Source: Candidatus Parcubacteria bacterium (GTDB taxonomy: Bacteria; Patescibacteriota; Patescibacteriia; UBA1558; GWA2-36-10). Taken from it: a DNA stretch of 64,000 bases. The stretch covers positions 128,390 through 192,389 of the forward strand of contig JABHSK010000007.1 in assembly GCA_018669975.1 (NCBI GenBank), written 5' to 3'. Every line of letters starts with the position of its first letter. Positions within the stretch are counted from its first letter, which is position 1. The notes under the pieces were generated by a model. The model was given only the letters and a program-made list of their open reading frames with translations. It was not told where the DNA came from and did not search any database. Both the position numbers and the translations under genes were made by a program. Shown piece after piece: positions 38,237 through 45,760 of this stretch.

Positions 38237-38710
38237 TTATATTAATGTTTTTTTAAGAGGTTGTATTTTAAGACCATGAAACATTCGTTGCCCAGTTGTT
38301 TTTTTATAACCCAGTCTTCTATAAAATTTATCAGCGTATATAGAGGCTCTGATTTTTATATATTCGGATCCTTTTTGTTTAGCACTCGCCTCAAACATTT
38401 TCATTAGTCTTTTGCCTATGCCTTGTCTGTGGCAACAACCATCTACAAATAAATTACTAACTCGATGTCGACTGCCACGAACTACGCCCACAATTTTAAT
38501 ACCATTCAAGGCCACATAAATAATTTCAGCATTAGCAAATCTTTCCTCTAGTTCTTTTAATCGGTCAGGTGTCTTGGCGCTAAAGTAATTTATATATCTA
38601 TCGACTGCTTTGGGATTGCCTTCATCACTGCAAAATTGTTCATAAGTCCTAGCTACTAGCGCTGCCACAGTTTTAGTGTCAGCTCTTTTGAACTTCCGGA
38701 TTGTTATCAT
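38237..38710 (-). CDS. GNAT family N-acetyltransferase
   Basis: ...VGVVRGSRHRVSNLFVDGCCHRQGIGKRLMKMFE... acetyl-CoA-binding motif A. Confidence 0.8.
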   Translation of the reverse strand: MITIRKFKRADTKTVAALVARTYEQFCSDEGNPKAVDRYINYFSAKTPDRLKELEERFANAEIIYVALNGIKIVGVVRGSRHRVSNLFVDGCCHRQGIGKRLMKMFEASAKQKGSEYIKIRASIYADKFYRRLGYKKTTGQRMFHGLKIQPLKKTLI

Positions 38711-38969
38711 TTTTTTGTCCTATTAGTTTAAAAAAGTATTTCCATTGTTCTCTGCCCTCGGCCAACTCTTTGGTGTCATCTAGGCATTTTTCGACAAAAT
38801 TTTTATCTAGATCTTTGCAGATTTTAAAGACTGAATTCCTTTTAAAACCAGGCACAGCTAAGTCCTTAATGATTTTTAAAGCAAAATCTTGCCATTGATA
38901 AGCAGGCGCTTGCTTAACTGGTTTTTTGTCCTGTTTTTTATCTTGAAATATGTCGGCTATTTGTTGCAT
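38679..38969 (-). CDS. Hypothetical protein (96 aa)
   Basis: ORF with backbone composition, overlapping the GNAT start by 32 nt. Confidence 0.35.
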   Translation of the reverse strand: MQQIADIFQDKKQDKKPVKQAPAYQWQDFALKIIKDLAVPGFKRNSVFKICKDLDKNFVEKCLDDTKELAEGREQWKYFFKLIGQKNDNNPEVQKS

Positions 38970-39016
38970 GTAGGCATTATAGCAAATTGGCTATTACTTG
39001 TCATTCGGGCTTAATA

Positions 39017-39045
39017 TTGACAAAAATATAGATAATTTATATGAT
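39017..39045 (+). promoter_or_regulatory. Consensus promoter TTGACA-N17-TATGAT for 39085..39333
   Basis: ttaatattgacaaaaatatagataatttatatgat. Confidence 0.5.
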
Positions 39046-39084
39046 TAGGCGTTAATATGTACCCTCAAAAAAGGAGAAAAGATC

Positions 39085-39333
39085 ATGATGACGGTCAGGC
39101 TGAGTAAAAGAGGTAAGTTTTTAGGGATGGAAGGAACAGTAGATGGTATCATTTCCTTATCTAGGTATGGAGGTGACAATGCAGTGAGTGCTATTTTTTA
39201 TACTCCACCTGGATCTAAGGTCGCCCAAACTGTTCTCACTATTTCTTATGACAATAGTGGACAAGGAACTCAGGAGGTTTCTACGATTTTTCCGGAAGAA
39301 GCCAGTAATAAAGTAAGGTTGGTCATTGGATGA
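39085..39333 (+). CDS. Hypothetical 82-aa protein, GC-rich single-gene cassette
   Basis: AAAGGAG SD. Terminator cccgatt-cttcatg-aatcggg plus tttt at 39340..39368. Confidence 0.4.
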   Translation: MMTVRLSKRGKFLGMEGTVDGIISLSRYGGDNAVSAIFYTPPGSKVAQTVLTISYDNSGQGTQEVSTIFPEEASNKVRLVIG

Positions 39334-39370
39334 TAGTATGGCCCGATTCTTCATGAATCGGGTTTTAATA

Positions 39371-39399
39371 TTGACAAAATAGTAAAAAATGTGTATAGT
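39371..39399 (+). promoter_or_regulatory. Promoter of def-fmt (TTGACA-N17-TATAGT)
   Basis: ttaatattgacaaaatagtaaaaaatgtgtatagt, 8 nt before the def ATG region. Confidence 0.55.
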
Positions 39400-39406
39400 A
39401 TGAACT

Positions 39407-39907
39407 ATGCTAAAAATAGCCAAATATCCAGATACAATTTTAAGAAAAACAGCCAAACCAGTGGCTGAATTTAATGATGATTTGAAAAAATTGGCTGATG
39501 ACATGGCTCAGGTTATGTATCAGGATGATGGTGTTGGTTTGGCTGCTCCACAGGTTAGTCTTGGTAAGCGTATGTTTGTGGTTGGATTGGGAGATGGAAG
39601 ATATAAAACTTATATTAATCCAGAAATCACCTTTTATTCTAAAGACAAAATAACCAACGAAGAAGGCTGTCTATCTTTGCCAGAAATATTCGGTAATGTC
39701 ACTAGAGCAAAGAAAATACACATTAAATATTATGATTTCGATGGCAAAAAGAATAAAGAAAAACTAACCAACTTCGATGCCATTGTGGCTCAACATGAGT
39801 TTGATCATCTTAACGGAATCCTTTTTATAGATCGTACAGAAGGTAAACTTAAAGGTCAGGAAATTTTAGATGAAATGAAGGCTAAGTTGAACGCAGCAAT
39901 TAAGTAA
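39407..39907 (+). CDS. def: Peptide deformylase
   Basis: GVGLAAPQV, EGCLS, HEFDHLNG motifs. Confidence 0.9.
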   Translation: MLKIAKYPDTILRKTAKPVAEFNDDLKKLADDMAQVMYQDDGVGLAAPQVSLGKRMFVVGLGDGRYKTYINPEITFYSKDKITNEEGCLSLPEIFGNVTRAKKIHIKYYDFDGKKNKEKLTNFDAIVAQHEFDHLNGILFIDRTEGKLKGQEILDEMKAKLNAAIK

Positions 39908-39911
39908 TATT

Positions 39912-40832
39912 TTGACTATGCTTAACAAAGGAAGAATTATTTTTTGGGGTACACCGGAATTTGCTCTGCCAAGTTTGCAAGCTTTGCATAAAATGAATTT
40001 GATTCAAGCTGTTGTTACTCAGCCTGATAAGCCAGCTGGTCGTGGTAAGAAGTTGTTACCCTCCCCTGTAAAACAATATTGTCTAGATAATAATATAGAT
40101 ACTTTAGAGCCTATCAAATTAGATCAGGCTTTTATTGATGGCCTAAAAAAATACTTACCAGCCACTTTTGTGGTGGTAGCCTATGGTAAAATAATTCCCC
40201 AAGAAGTTCTGGATTTATCTGAATTAGCAGCTATCAATATTCATCCTTCTCAGTTGCCGGAATTGCGTGGACCATCCCCTATTCAAACTGCTCTTTTAAG
40301 GGGTTTTGAGTCTACAGCGGTGTCTTTGATGCAATTGGATGAAAAAATGGATCATGGGCCAATTTTAGGACAAATAGAGGTCAAAATAGAGCCCAATGAA
40401 GACTATATTGAGCTAGCTGGAAGATTATCAGAGCTGGGAGCTCAGATATTGTCAGATAAGATAAATGATTATTTAACCGAACAGATTACTCCTCTACCTC
40501 AGGATGACGACAAAGCTACTTTTTGTAAGATGATTAAGAAACAAGACGGGCAAATTGATTGGTCAAAAACAGCTCAGGAAATTCACAATCAAGTTAGAGC
40601 TTTTAGACAGTGGCCAACTGCTTTTACAAGTTTGGGAGATATTGATTTGAAAATAATTCAAACACAGGTAGTTGATAGAAATTTACAAGCAAAAGAAGTT
40701 TTTCTAGAAAAAGACCAGATGTTTATTGGTGCTGGCGACAAAGCTGTGGAAATTTTACAGATACAACCCGCAGGAAAGAAGGTATTAAAAATCGCAGACT
40801 TTGTTCGCGGTTATAGTAAAAATTTTAAATAA
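39912..40832 (+). CDS. fmt: Methionyl-tRNA formyltransferase
   Basis: IIFWGTPEFALPSL N-terminus and formyltransferase core. Confidence 0.9.
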   Translation: MTMLNKGRIIFWGTPEFALPSLQALHKMNLIQAVVTQPDKPAGRGKKLLPSPVKQYCLDNNIDTLEPIKLDQAFIDGLKKYLPATFVVVAYGKIIPQEVLDLSELAAINIHPSQLPELRGPSPIQTALLRGFESTAVSLMQLDEKMDHGPILGQIEVKIEPNEDYIELAGRLSELGAQILSDKINDYLTEQITPLPQDDDKATFCKMIKKQDGQIDWSKTAQEIHNQVRAFRQWPTAFTSLGDIDLKIIQTQVVDRNLQAKEVFLEKDQMFIGAGDKAVEILQIQPAGKKVLKIADFVRGYSKNFK

Positions 40833-40833
40833 A

Positions 40834-40862
40834 AAATCCCGGTATAAGCCGGGTTTTTTTAT
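40834..40862 (+). terminator. Terminator after fmt
   Basis: aaaaaatcccgg-tataa-gccgggttttttt. Confidence 0.7.
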
Positions 40863-40874
40863 ATATTTTTTTGA

Positions 40875-41216
40875 TTAATTATTGTCTTCATCTTCACTCT
40901 CATCAATCATGGTCCTTAGTTTTTGATGGAGTTCCTCAAGAGCGGTTATTTTTTCTTTTACCAGCCCTCTTTCTTCTTCTGTGTTACCGGTTATTTCTCT
41001 TTCTTCTTCTTCCAATCTTTCAAGGTCTTTTTTAATTTCGTTTACCATTTCTAAAGATTGTGGTTCACTTGCAAATTTTTGTTGAGCTAAATCTAGCAAG
41101 CTGCGAATATTAATAGCAACTCTATTTATTTCAGCTAGTAAAATAGTTTTTTTGGCACTGTCCGCTGCCTCTGCATCGGAGCCATTATTACCAGTTAATT
41201 TTTCTAGGAAACTCAT
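40875..41216 (-). CDS. Hypothetical acidic coiled-coil protein
   Basis: 113-aa Glu-rich ORF. Confidence 0.4.
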   Translation of the reverse strand: MSFLEKLTGNNGSDAEAADSAKKTILLAEINRVAINIRSLLDLAQQKFASEPQSLEMVNEIKKDLERLEEEEREITGNTEEERGLVKEKITALEELHQKLRTMIDESEDEDNN

Positions 41217-41223
41217 AGTTGTA

Positions 41224-42744
41224 TTATTTTATATTTTCTTTTGTTTTTTCAGTTACCCAAAACCCCAGGTACTTTCCGAGCATTAATCTAGTTTGAGCAT
41301 CTACGGCTGGTATTGAACCAAAAATAATCATAGTAAACGGGAATATAATCCATTGGACAAACATTAGTGTGTAGCGAAATATTTTATTCCAGATTTTACT
41401 TTTAAATCTATCGGGCATTGGCGGTAATATAACAACACTCATGATAGCTATTAAGAAAATACCAATCATGCCAAAACGCATCAGATTTTCTAGAATTAAA
41501 GGTGCATTTTGTGTAAGCACGCTAGTTATTCCGTGTTTTTCCGCCATGTATAAAGGCAAGTAACCCATAATCATAACTAACAGAGGTGCGGTAGCCCAAG
41601 AATACACTCCTTCAGTTTGGTTCCAGGTATAAACCAACTTTTTTTTCAAAGGAATGTTTTTATTTTGTTTAAAATGCCAAACCATATATGGGAAATGCTC
41701 CACTCCATAGGCCCAACGGCGCATCTGTTTGTATTGGTTTTTAAGACTGCGCCAAAATTTACCAACATAGACAGTATCCATTGATACTGGAATATGCATC
41801 GGTACCACTTCGTAGTCACCGTCATAATGGATTAAACACTGTAAGAATATTCTGGAATCTTCGGTAACAATATTGTTTTGCCAAAAGCCAACATCTACCA
41901 AGGCTTGCCAACTCATACTATGTGATGAGAAAGTGAATAATCTTTCTGGTCTAGCCAAGTCAGTTAATAGCCAAAAAGTGGTTGAATTGGAAACCACTCT
42001 AGTGAATATGTCTGATTGCCAAACATTATTATGATAAAAAGCCATTGGCTGAAAACTGGCCCGATAAGGGTTTTTGTGGGAGATAAATTTGTGAGTCAAA
42101 TAAGCGAAATAATGAGGATGTGTAACTGTATCCACATCAAAGCCAGAAACTATTAAGTGTTTGTAATTAAGTTTTTCCTCATCAATATACTCTTTAATCT
42201 TATGACCCATGTGATAAAGATTAGCACCTTTGCCTGGTACCTCACCAACAATGTCAGATGGATGTAGTGTGATCATCACTTTTTTAAATCTGTCTGCATA
42301 TTTGGCTAATATTTTTTTGCCAATTGGCTCAAACTCTTCTCTGAGTCTTTCCTCTCCACCTAGAACTACAATCATTTTTTTGTGATCGTATTTTGTTTCT
42401 AATAGTTTTTCAAAGGCAAACTCTACTACCTCATATGGTTCACCAGCAGTTGGTAATAGGATAACGTGATAGTACTTATCCCAGATTTTGTGATTGGTCT
42501 TGAGGAATTTCCACCAATCAACCTTGATGGTTTTACGATATTTGAACCAGGATATTATCAAAAAGATAAGTGTATAGGTAATACGCAAGACAAAATAAAC
42601 ATCAAAAATGATTACAAAATAAATACCATAGAGAGGTTTAAGTAGGGACAACATAATGATGGCAACAAAGGTTGTCCAAACTAAAATACCAGGAATTACT
42701 TCCAAGATTCTGTAAAAATAATATTGTTTATATTCAGGGGTCAT
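41224..42744 (-). CDS. Processive family-2 glycosyltransferase (cellulose/chitin-synthase-like) with multiple TM helices
   Basis: Q-x-x-R-W motif (KQMRRWAYG), DxD-type core, N-terminal and C-terminal TM bundles. Confidence 0.65.
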   Translation of the reverse strand: MTPEYKQYYFYRILEVIPGILVWTTFVAIIMLSLLKPLYGIYFVIIFDVYFVLRITYTLIFLIISWFKYRKTIKVDWWKFLKTNHKIWDKYYHVILLPTAGEPYEVVEFAFEKLLETKYDHKKMIVVLGGEERLREEFEPIGKKILAKYADRFKKVMITLHPSDIVGEVPGKGANLYHMGHKIKEYIDEEKLNYKHLIVSGFDVDTVTHPHYFAYLTHKFISHKNPYRASFQPMAFYHNNVWQSDIFTRVVSNSTTFWLLTDLARPERLFTFSSHSMSWQALVDVGFWQNNIVTEDSRIFLQCLIHYDGDYEVVPMHIPVSMDTVYVGKFWRSLKNQYKQMRRWAYGVEHFPYMVWHFKQNKNIPLKKKLVYTWNQTEGVYSWATAPLLVMIMGYLPLYMAEKHGITSVLTQNAPLILENLMRFGMIGIFLIAIMSVVILPPMPDRFKSKIWNKIFRYTLMFVQWIIFPFTMIIFGSIPAVDAQTRLMLGKYLGFWVTEKTKENIK

Positions 42745-43841
42745 AAAGTATTTTTATCAGCGTCTATACCAATTGCTTGAGATATGTGTTTAAAATTATC
42801 CTTTTTTAATAATCGGTCTAATTTTTGATTGATGACTTTGATGCTACCCGGACCATTATAGATGAAACCAGTGATTAGCTGAACTAAATCAGCGCCTGCC
42901 TTTATCTTATCATAAGCATCGCTGCCATTAAAGATGCCGCCAACACCAATTATCTTATATTTATTTTCGCTATGTTTATATAGATAGGAAATAATTTTGT
43001 TGGCTTGAGGGGCAATAGCTTTGCCGGAGACACCACCAGGCTTATCTTTATATTTTGATTTTAAATTTAAATGACCTCGTTCTTTAGAAAGATTACTGGC
43101 CACAACAGCAGAAATATTGTATTTTTTGACTAGATAAATAATTTCATCTAATTGTTCTTTACTTAAATTATTGCCGATTTTGAGCCAGATTGGTTTTTTA
43201 TTTTTATTCAGTGGAATTACTTTTTCCAAAATAGGTTCTAAATATTTTTTGTTTTGTAAACCAGAAAAGTCTTTAACATTAGGACAGCTAAGATTAATGG
43301 TAATTATATCTGTTTGAGGTTCTAGGGTAACAAAACTTTTAGCATAATCAGCCGCTGCTTCTTCTCTACTGACAGCATTACTTTTGGCAATACTGACTGA
43401 CCACAGTCCTCTAGTTTTATTCTTTCTGTTTTTAGCTAATTTTTTAGCAATGGCTTTAGCACCGCTATTACTCAAACCATAGTAGACCACCAGTCCTTTA
43501 TCCTTGGGTAATCTCCACAGTCGCGGTTTTTTGTTGCCAGGTTGAGCTTGATCGGTGATTGAGCCTATCTGTGCCCAGGCAAAATCCATGGCAGCCCAAG
43601 CATTGCTGGCAGAGGCATTTTTATCCATACCAGCTGCTAATCCAACAGGATTACGAAAATATAAACCCCATATTTTTTGTTTTAGTCTCGGCGAAGTAAA
43701 GTTACAAACTTTAAACATTGTTTTATTAAGCAGTTTGCATTTACTGAACCAGGATAAATACCATAAGGCTAGGTTGTGAATAAATTCTGGCTCAAATAGG
43801 AAAAAGATTGGTCGAACTATTTTTTTATAGAAAACTACCAT
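42741..43841 (-). CDS. pyrD: Dihydroorotate dehydrogenase (quinone), class 2
   Basis: GLAAGMDKN..., TINLSCPNV, GVSGKAI, IIGVGGI...GADLVQLITGFIYNGP. Confidence 0.8.
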   Translation of the reverse strand: MVVFYKKIVRPIFFLFEPEFIHNLALWYLSWFSKCKLLNKTMFKVCNFTSPRLKQKIWGLYFRNPVGLAAGMDKNASASNAWAAMDFAWAQIGSITDQAQPGNKKPRLWRLPKDKGLVVYYGLSNSGAKAIAKKLAKNRKNKTRGLWSVSIAKSNAVSREEAAADYAKSFVTLEPQTDIITINLSCPNVKDFSGLQNKKYLEPILEKVIPLNKNKKPIWLKIGNNLSKEQLDEIIYLVKKYNISAVVASNLSKERGHLNLKSKYKDKPGGVSGKAIAPQANKIISYLYKHSENKYKIIGVGGIFNGSDAYDKIKAGADLVQLITGFIYNGPGSIKVINQKLDRLLKKDNFKHISQAIGIDADKNTL

Positions 43842-44107
43842 TTATTTTTTATTTTTTTAATAGCAATAATTGAATTATTAAATAAAAGATGGAAAATAGT
43901 ATCAATCAATTTTGTGTCTACATCATTGATTGAGGCTTGATATTTAACTTTGGTCAATATTCCATGTTCTCTATTTAAATCTCTAGTTGGTCCTTTATGT
44001 TGAGCTAATTCCCTGGCTAATTTAGTACGTTTAGCTATATTATCAACTATTTGTTCGTCTATATTGTCTATTTTTTGCCTAATGGCAGCAATTTGCTCTA
44101 TTGTCAT
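43835..44107 (-). CDS. Chorismate mutase, AroQ class (type II)
   Basis: IAAIRQKIDNIDEQIVDNIAKRTKLAREL...DLNREHGIL pattern. Confidence 0.65.
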   Translation of the reverse strand: MTIEQIAAIRQKIDNIDEQIVDNIAKRTKLARELAQHKGPTRDLNREHGILTKVKYQASINDVDTKLIDTIFHLLFNNSIIAIKKIKNKW

Positions 44108-44158
44108 AAGTGTTTTTTTATCGGCTATAATTTAGCAGAAAAGCAGTAGTTTTTCAAG

Positions 44159-44635
44159 TTATACTTCTTGTCCGTTTTCTAGGTAAACAGCCTTATCATT
44201 TTTTATAGCTGACATGACCTCATCTAAGCGATTTACTATACCTGGCATTAGTTTTCCCTTAGCCTCTGTTTCATCAACAAATTTCATTTCTGTTAGCTCA
44301 TCGGTTTGCAAGGTTATACTTTTTATTTCTTTATTTGATAACTTGCCGCCATAGAAAATAAAAAAGTAACCTTCTGGTTTATAATCATGCTTTACTTTGT
44401 AATCAACACAAACAAGTTGTAGCTTGTCTACGTGCAGGTCAAGTTCTTCTTTTATTTCTCTTTGGAGTGCTTGTCGTGGAGACTCGTTTTCATCTATAGA
44501 TCCTCCAGGTAGTAGCCAACCATCTCGATAGTTTGGTTTTACAATTAGGATTTGTTTTTTATTATTAAAAAGAATCACCCCGGCAGCGCCGCGTTTGGTG
44601 GGGAGTGCTTGATAAAATTCTTCTGGTGAGATCAT
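44159..44635 (-). CDS. NUDIX hydrolase
   Basis: Nudix box GGSIDENESPRQALQREIKEELDL. Confidence 0.8.
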   Translation of the reverse strand: MISPEEFYQALPTKRGAAGVILFNNKKQILIVKPNYRDGWLLPGGSIDENESPRQALQREIKEELDLHVDKLQLVCVDYKVKHDYKPEGYFFIFYGGKLSNKEIKSITLQTDELTEMKFVDETEAKGKLMPGIVNRLDEVMSAIKNDKAVYLENGQEV

Positions 44636-44636
44636 A

Positions 44637-44800
44637 TTGACTTATTATGTTTGATAATTTATGATTGATTCATCGACTCAGGTGTAGGCCATATAAGGCT
44701 GAACAACGAGGCGTAGACGGGACGCCTACAAAGGTAATTATTACCCAGAGACCTGATCCCAGCCAGCCATCCACGTATGTGCTGGTCTTTTTATTAAAGC
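44637..44800 (+). ncRNA. Candidate sRNA: consensus promoter (TTGACT-N17-TATGAT), then an about 125-nt GC-rich transcript, then a terminator. Divergent or antisense relative to the flanking NUDIX genes.
   Basis: ttgacttattatgtttgataatttatgat. Hairpins aggcgt-agacggg-acgcct and ccagc...gctgg followed by tctttttatt. No ORF. Confidence 0.4.
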
Positions 44801-45213
44801 ATCTTTATAAAATCTTCAATACCTACTAAAGTATCTAGTTCTTCTATCTCTGATTTTAAAAACCACCTTACATCAGAAACCTCCTCATCCATTGGTTGTG
44901 GGTTTCCAGTTACTATTTCTGCCTCATAGCATACTACTAGCACATGACATTCTTCTCCATTAGATCTTGTCCATATTCTGGATTGTATTTCGGGCATGAT
45001 TCTTTTAATTAAGACATCACAACCTATTTCTTCCTTGCATTCTCTTACTGCGGCATCTTTTGGATTTTCATTGTATTCTACTTTTCCCCCAGGTAATTCC
45101 CATTTTCCATGTGCAGCTGCTATTGAGGGATCATTTCGCTGCTGTAAAAGTATTTTACCATCTTTGTTTTTTATAAGTGCCACAGCGGCAATTAATTGTT
45201 TTTCACTTTCCAT
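44794..45213 (-). CDS. NUDIX hydrolase (MutT-like)
   Basis: LPGGKVEYNENPKDAAVRECKEEIGCDV. Confidence 0.8.
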   Translation of the reverse strand: MESEKQLIAAVALIKNKDGKILLQQRNDPSIAAAHGKWELPGGKVEYNENPKDAAVRECKEEIGCDVLIKRIMPEIQSRIWTRSNGEECHVLVVCYEAEIVTGNPQPMDEEVSDVRWFLKSEIEELDTLVGIEDFIKML

Positions 45214-45235
45214 GATGTTTTTTAAGTTTGGTTCT

Positions 45236-45760
45236 TTATAATAAGGGACCGCAAATAAAGACTTTTATTTTACTGTTTGAAAATTTATCATTTATTGCCC
45301 AGGCTATTAATCTATGAAGGCCATCTAGATGTACTAGAGATTTGTCTGTATAGTGTAATTTTTCATGCTCTATTTTATCGCAGCCTGTTAAAGGTGCTGT
45401 GCTGAGAAACAGCGGTTCAGTTATTTCTTTTTCACTGAACATAATAATCTTAGCGTGGCATTTTGGATTTTCTTTTTTATACTCTGTGGCATTTTTTTTG
45501 AAATAATTAGCCGCAGCCTGCACTGTCATTCCTGTTTTGGGTACTAGATTTACTTTTTCTCCGTGATTATGCCAGGGTAACAATATTTTTAGGGCATCTT
45601 CCTTTGTTAGTTCTGCCAAATGCCATTGGCCGTTAAATTTTTTATTTGCAGTAGTGACCAATTCTCTAGCCCAGTGATTAGTATTTCCTTCACTGATTTT
45701 ATTATATTTGTCAAAAGTTTTTAATACTTCTAAAGATTCAACTTCTTTCAATATATCCAT
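45236..45760 (-). CDS. Hypothetical protein (174 aa)
   Basis: ORF with native composition, directly downstream of secA. Confidence 0.4.
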   Translation of the reverse strand: MDILKEVESLEVLKTFDKYNKISEGNTNHWARELVTTANKKFNGQWHLAELTKEDALKILLPWHNHGEKVNLVPKTGMTVQAAANYFKKNATEYKKENPKCHAKIIMFSEKEITEPLFLSTAPLTGCDKIEHEKLHYTDKSLVHLDGLHRLIAWAINDKFSNSKIKVFICGPLL

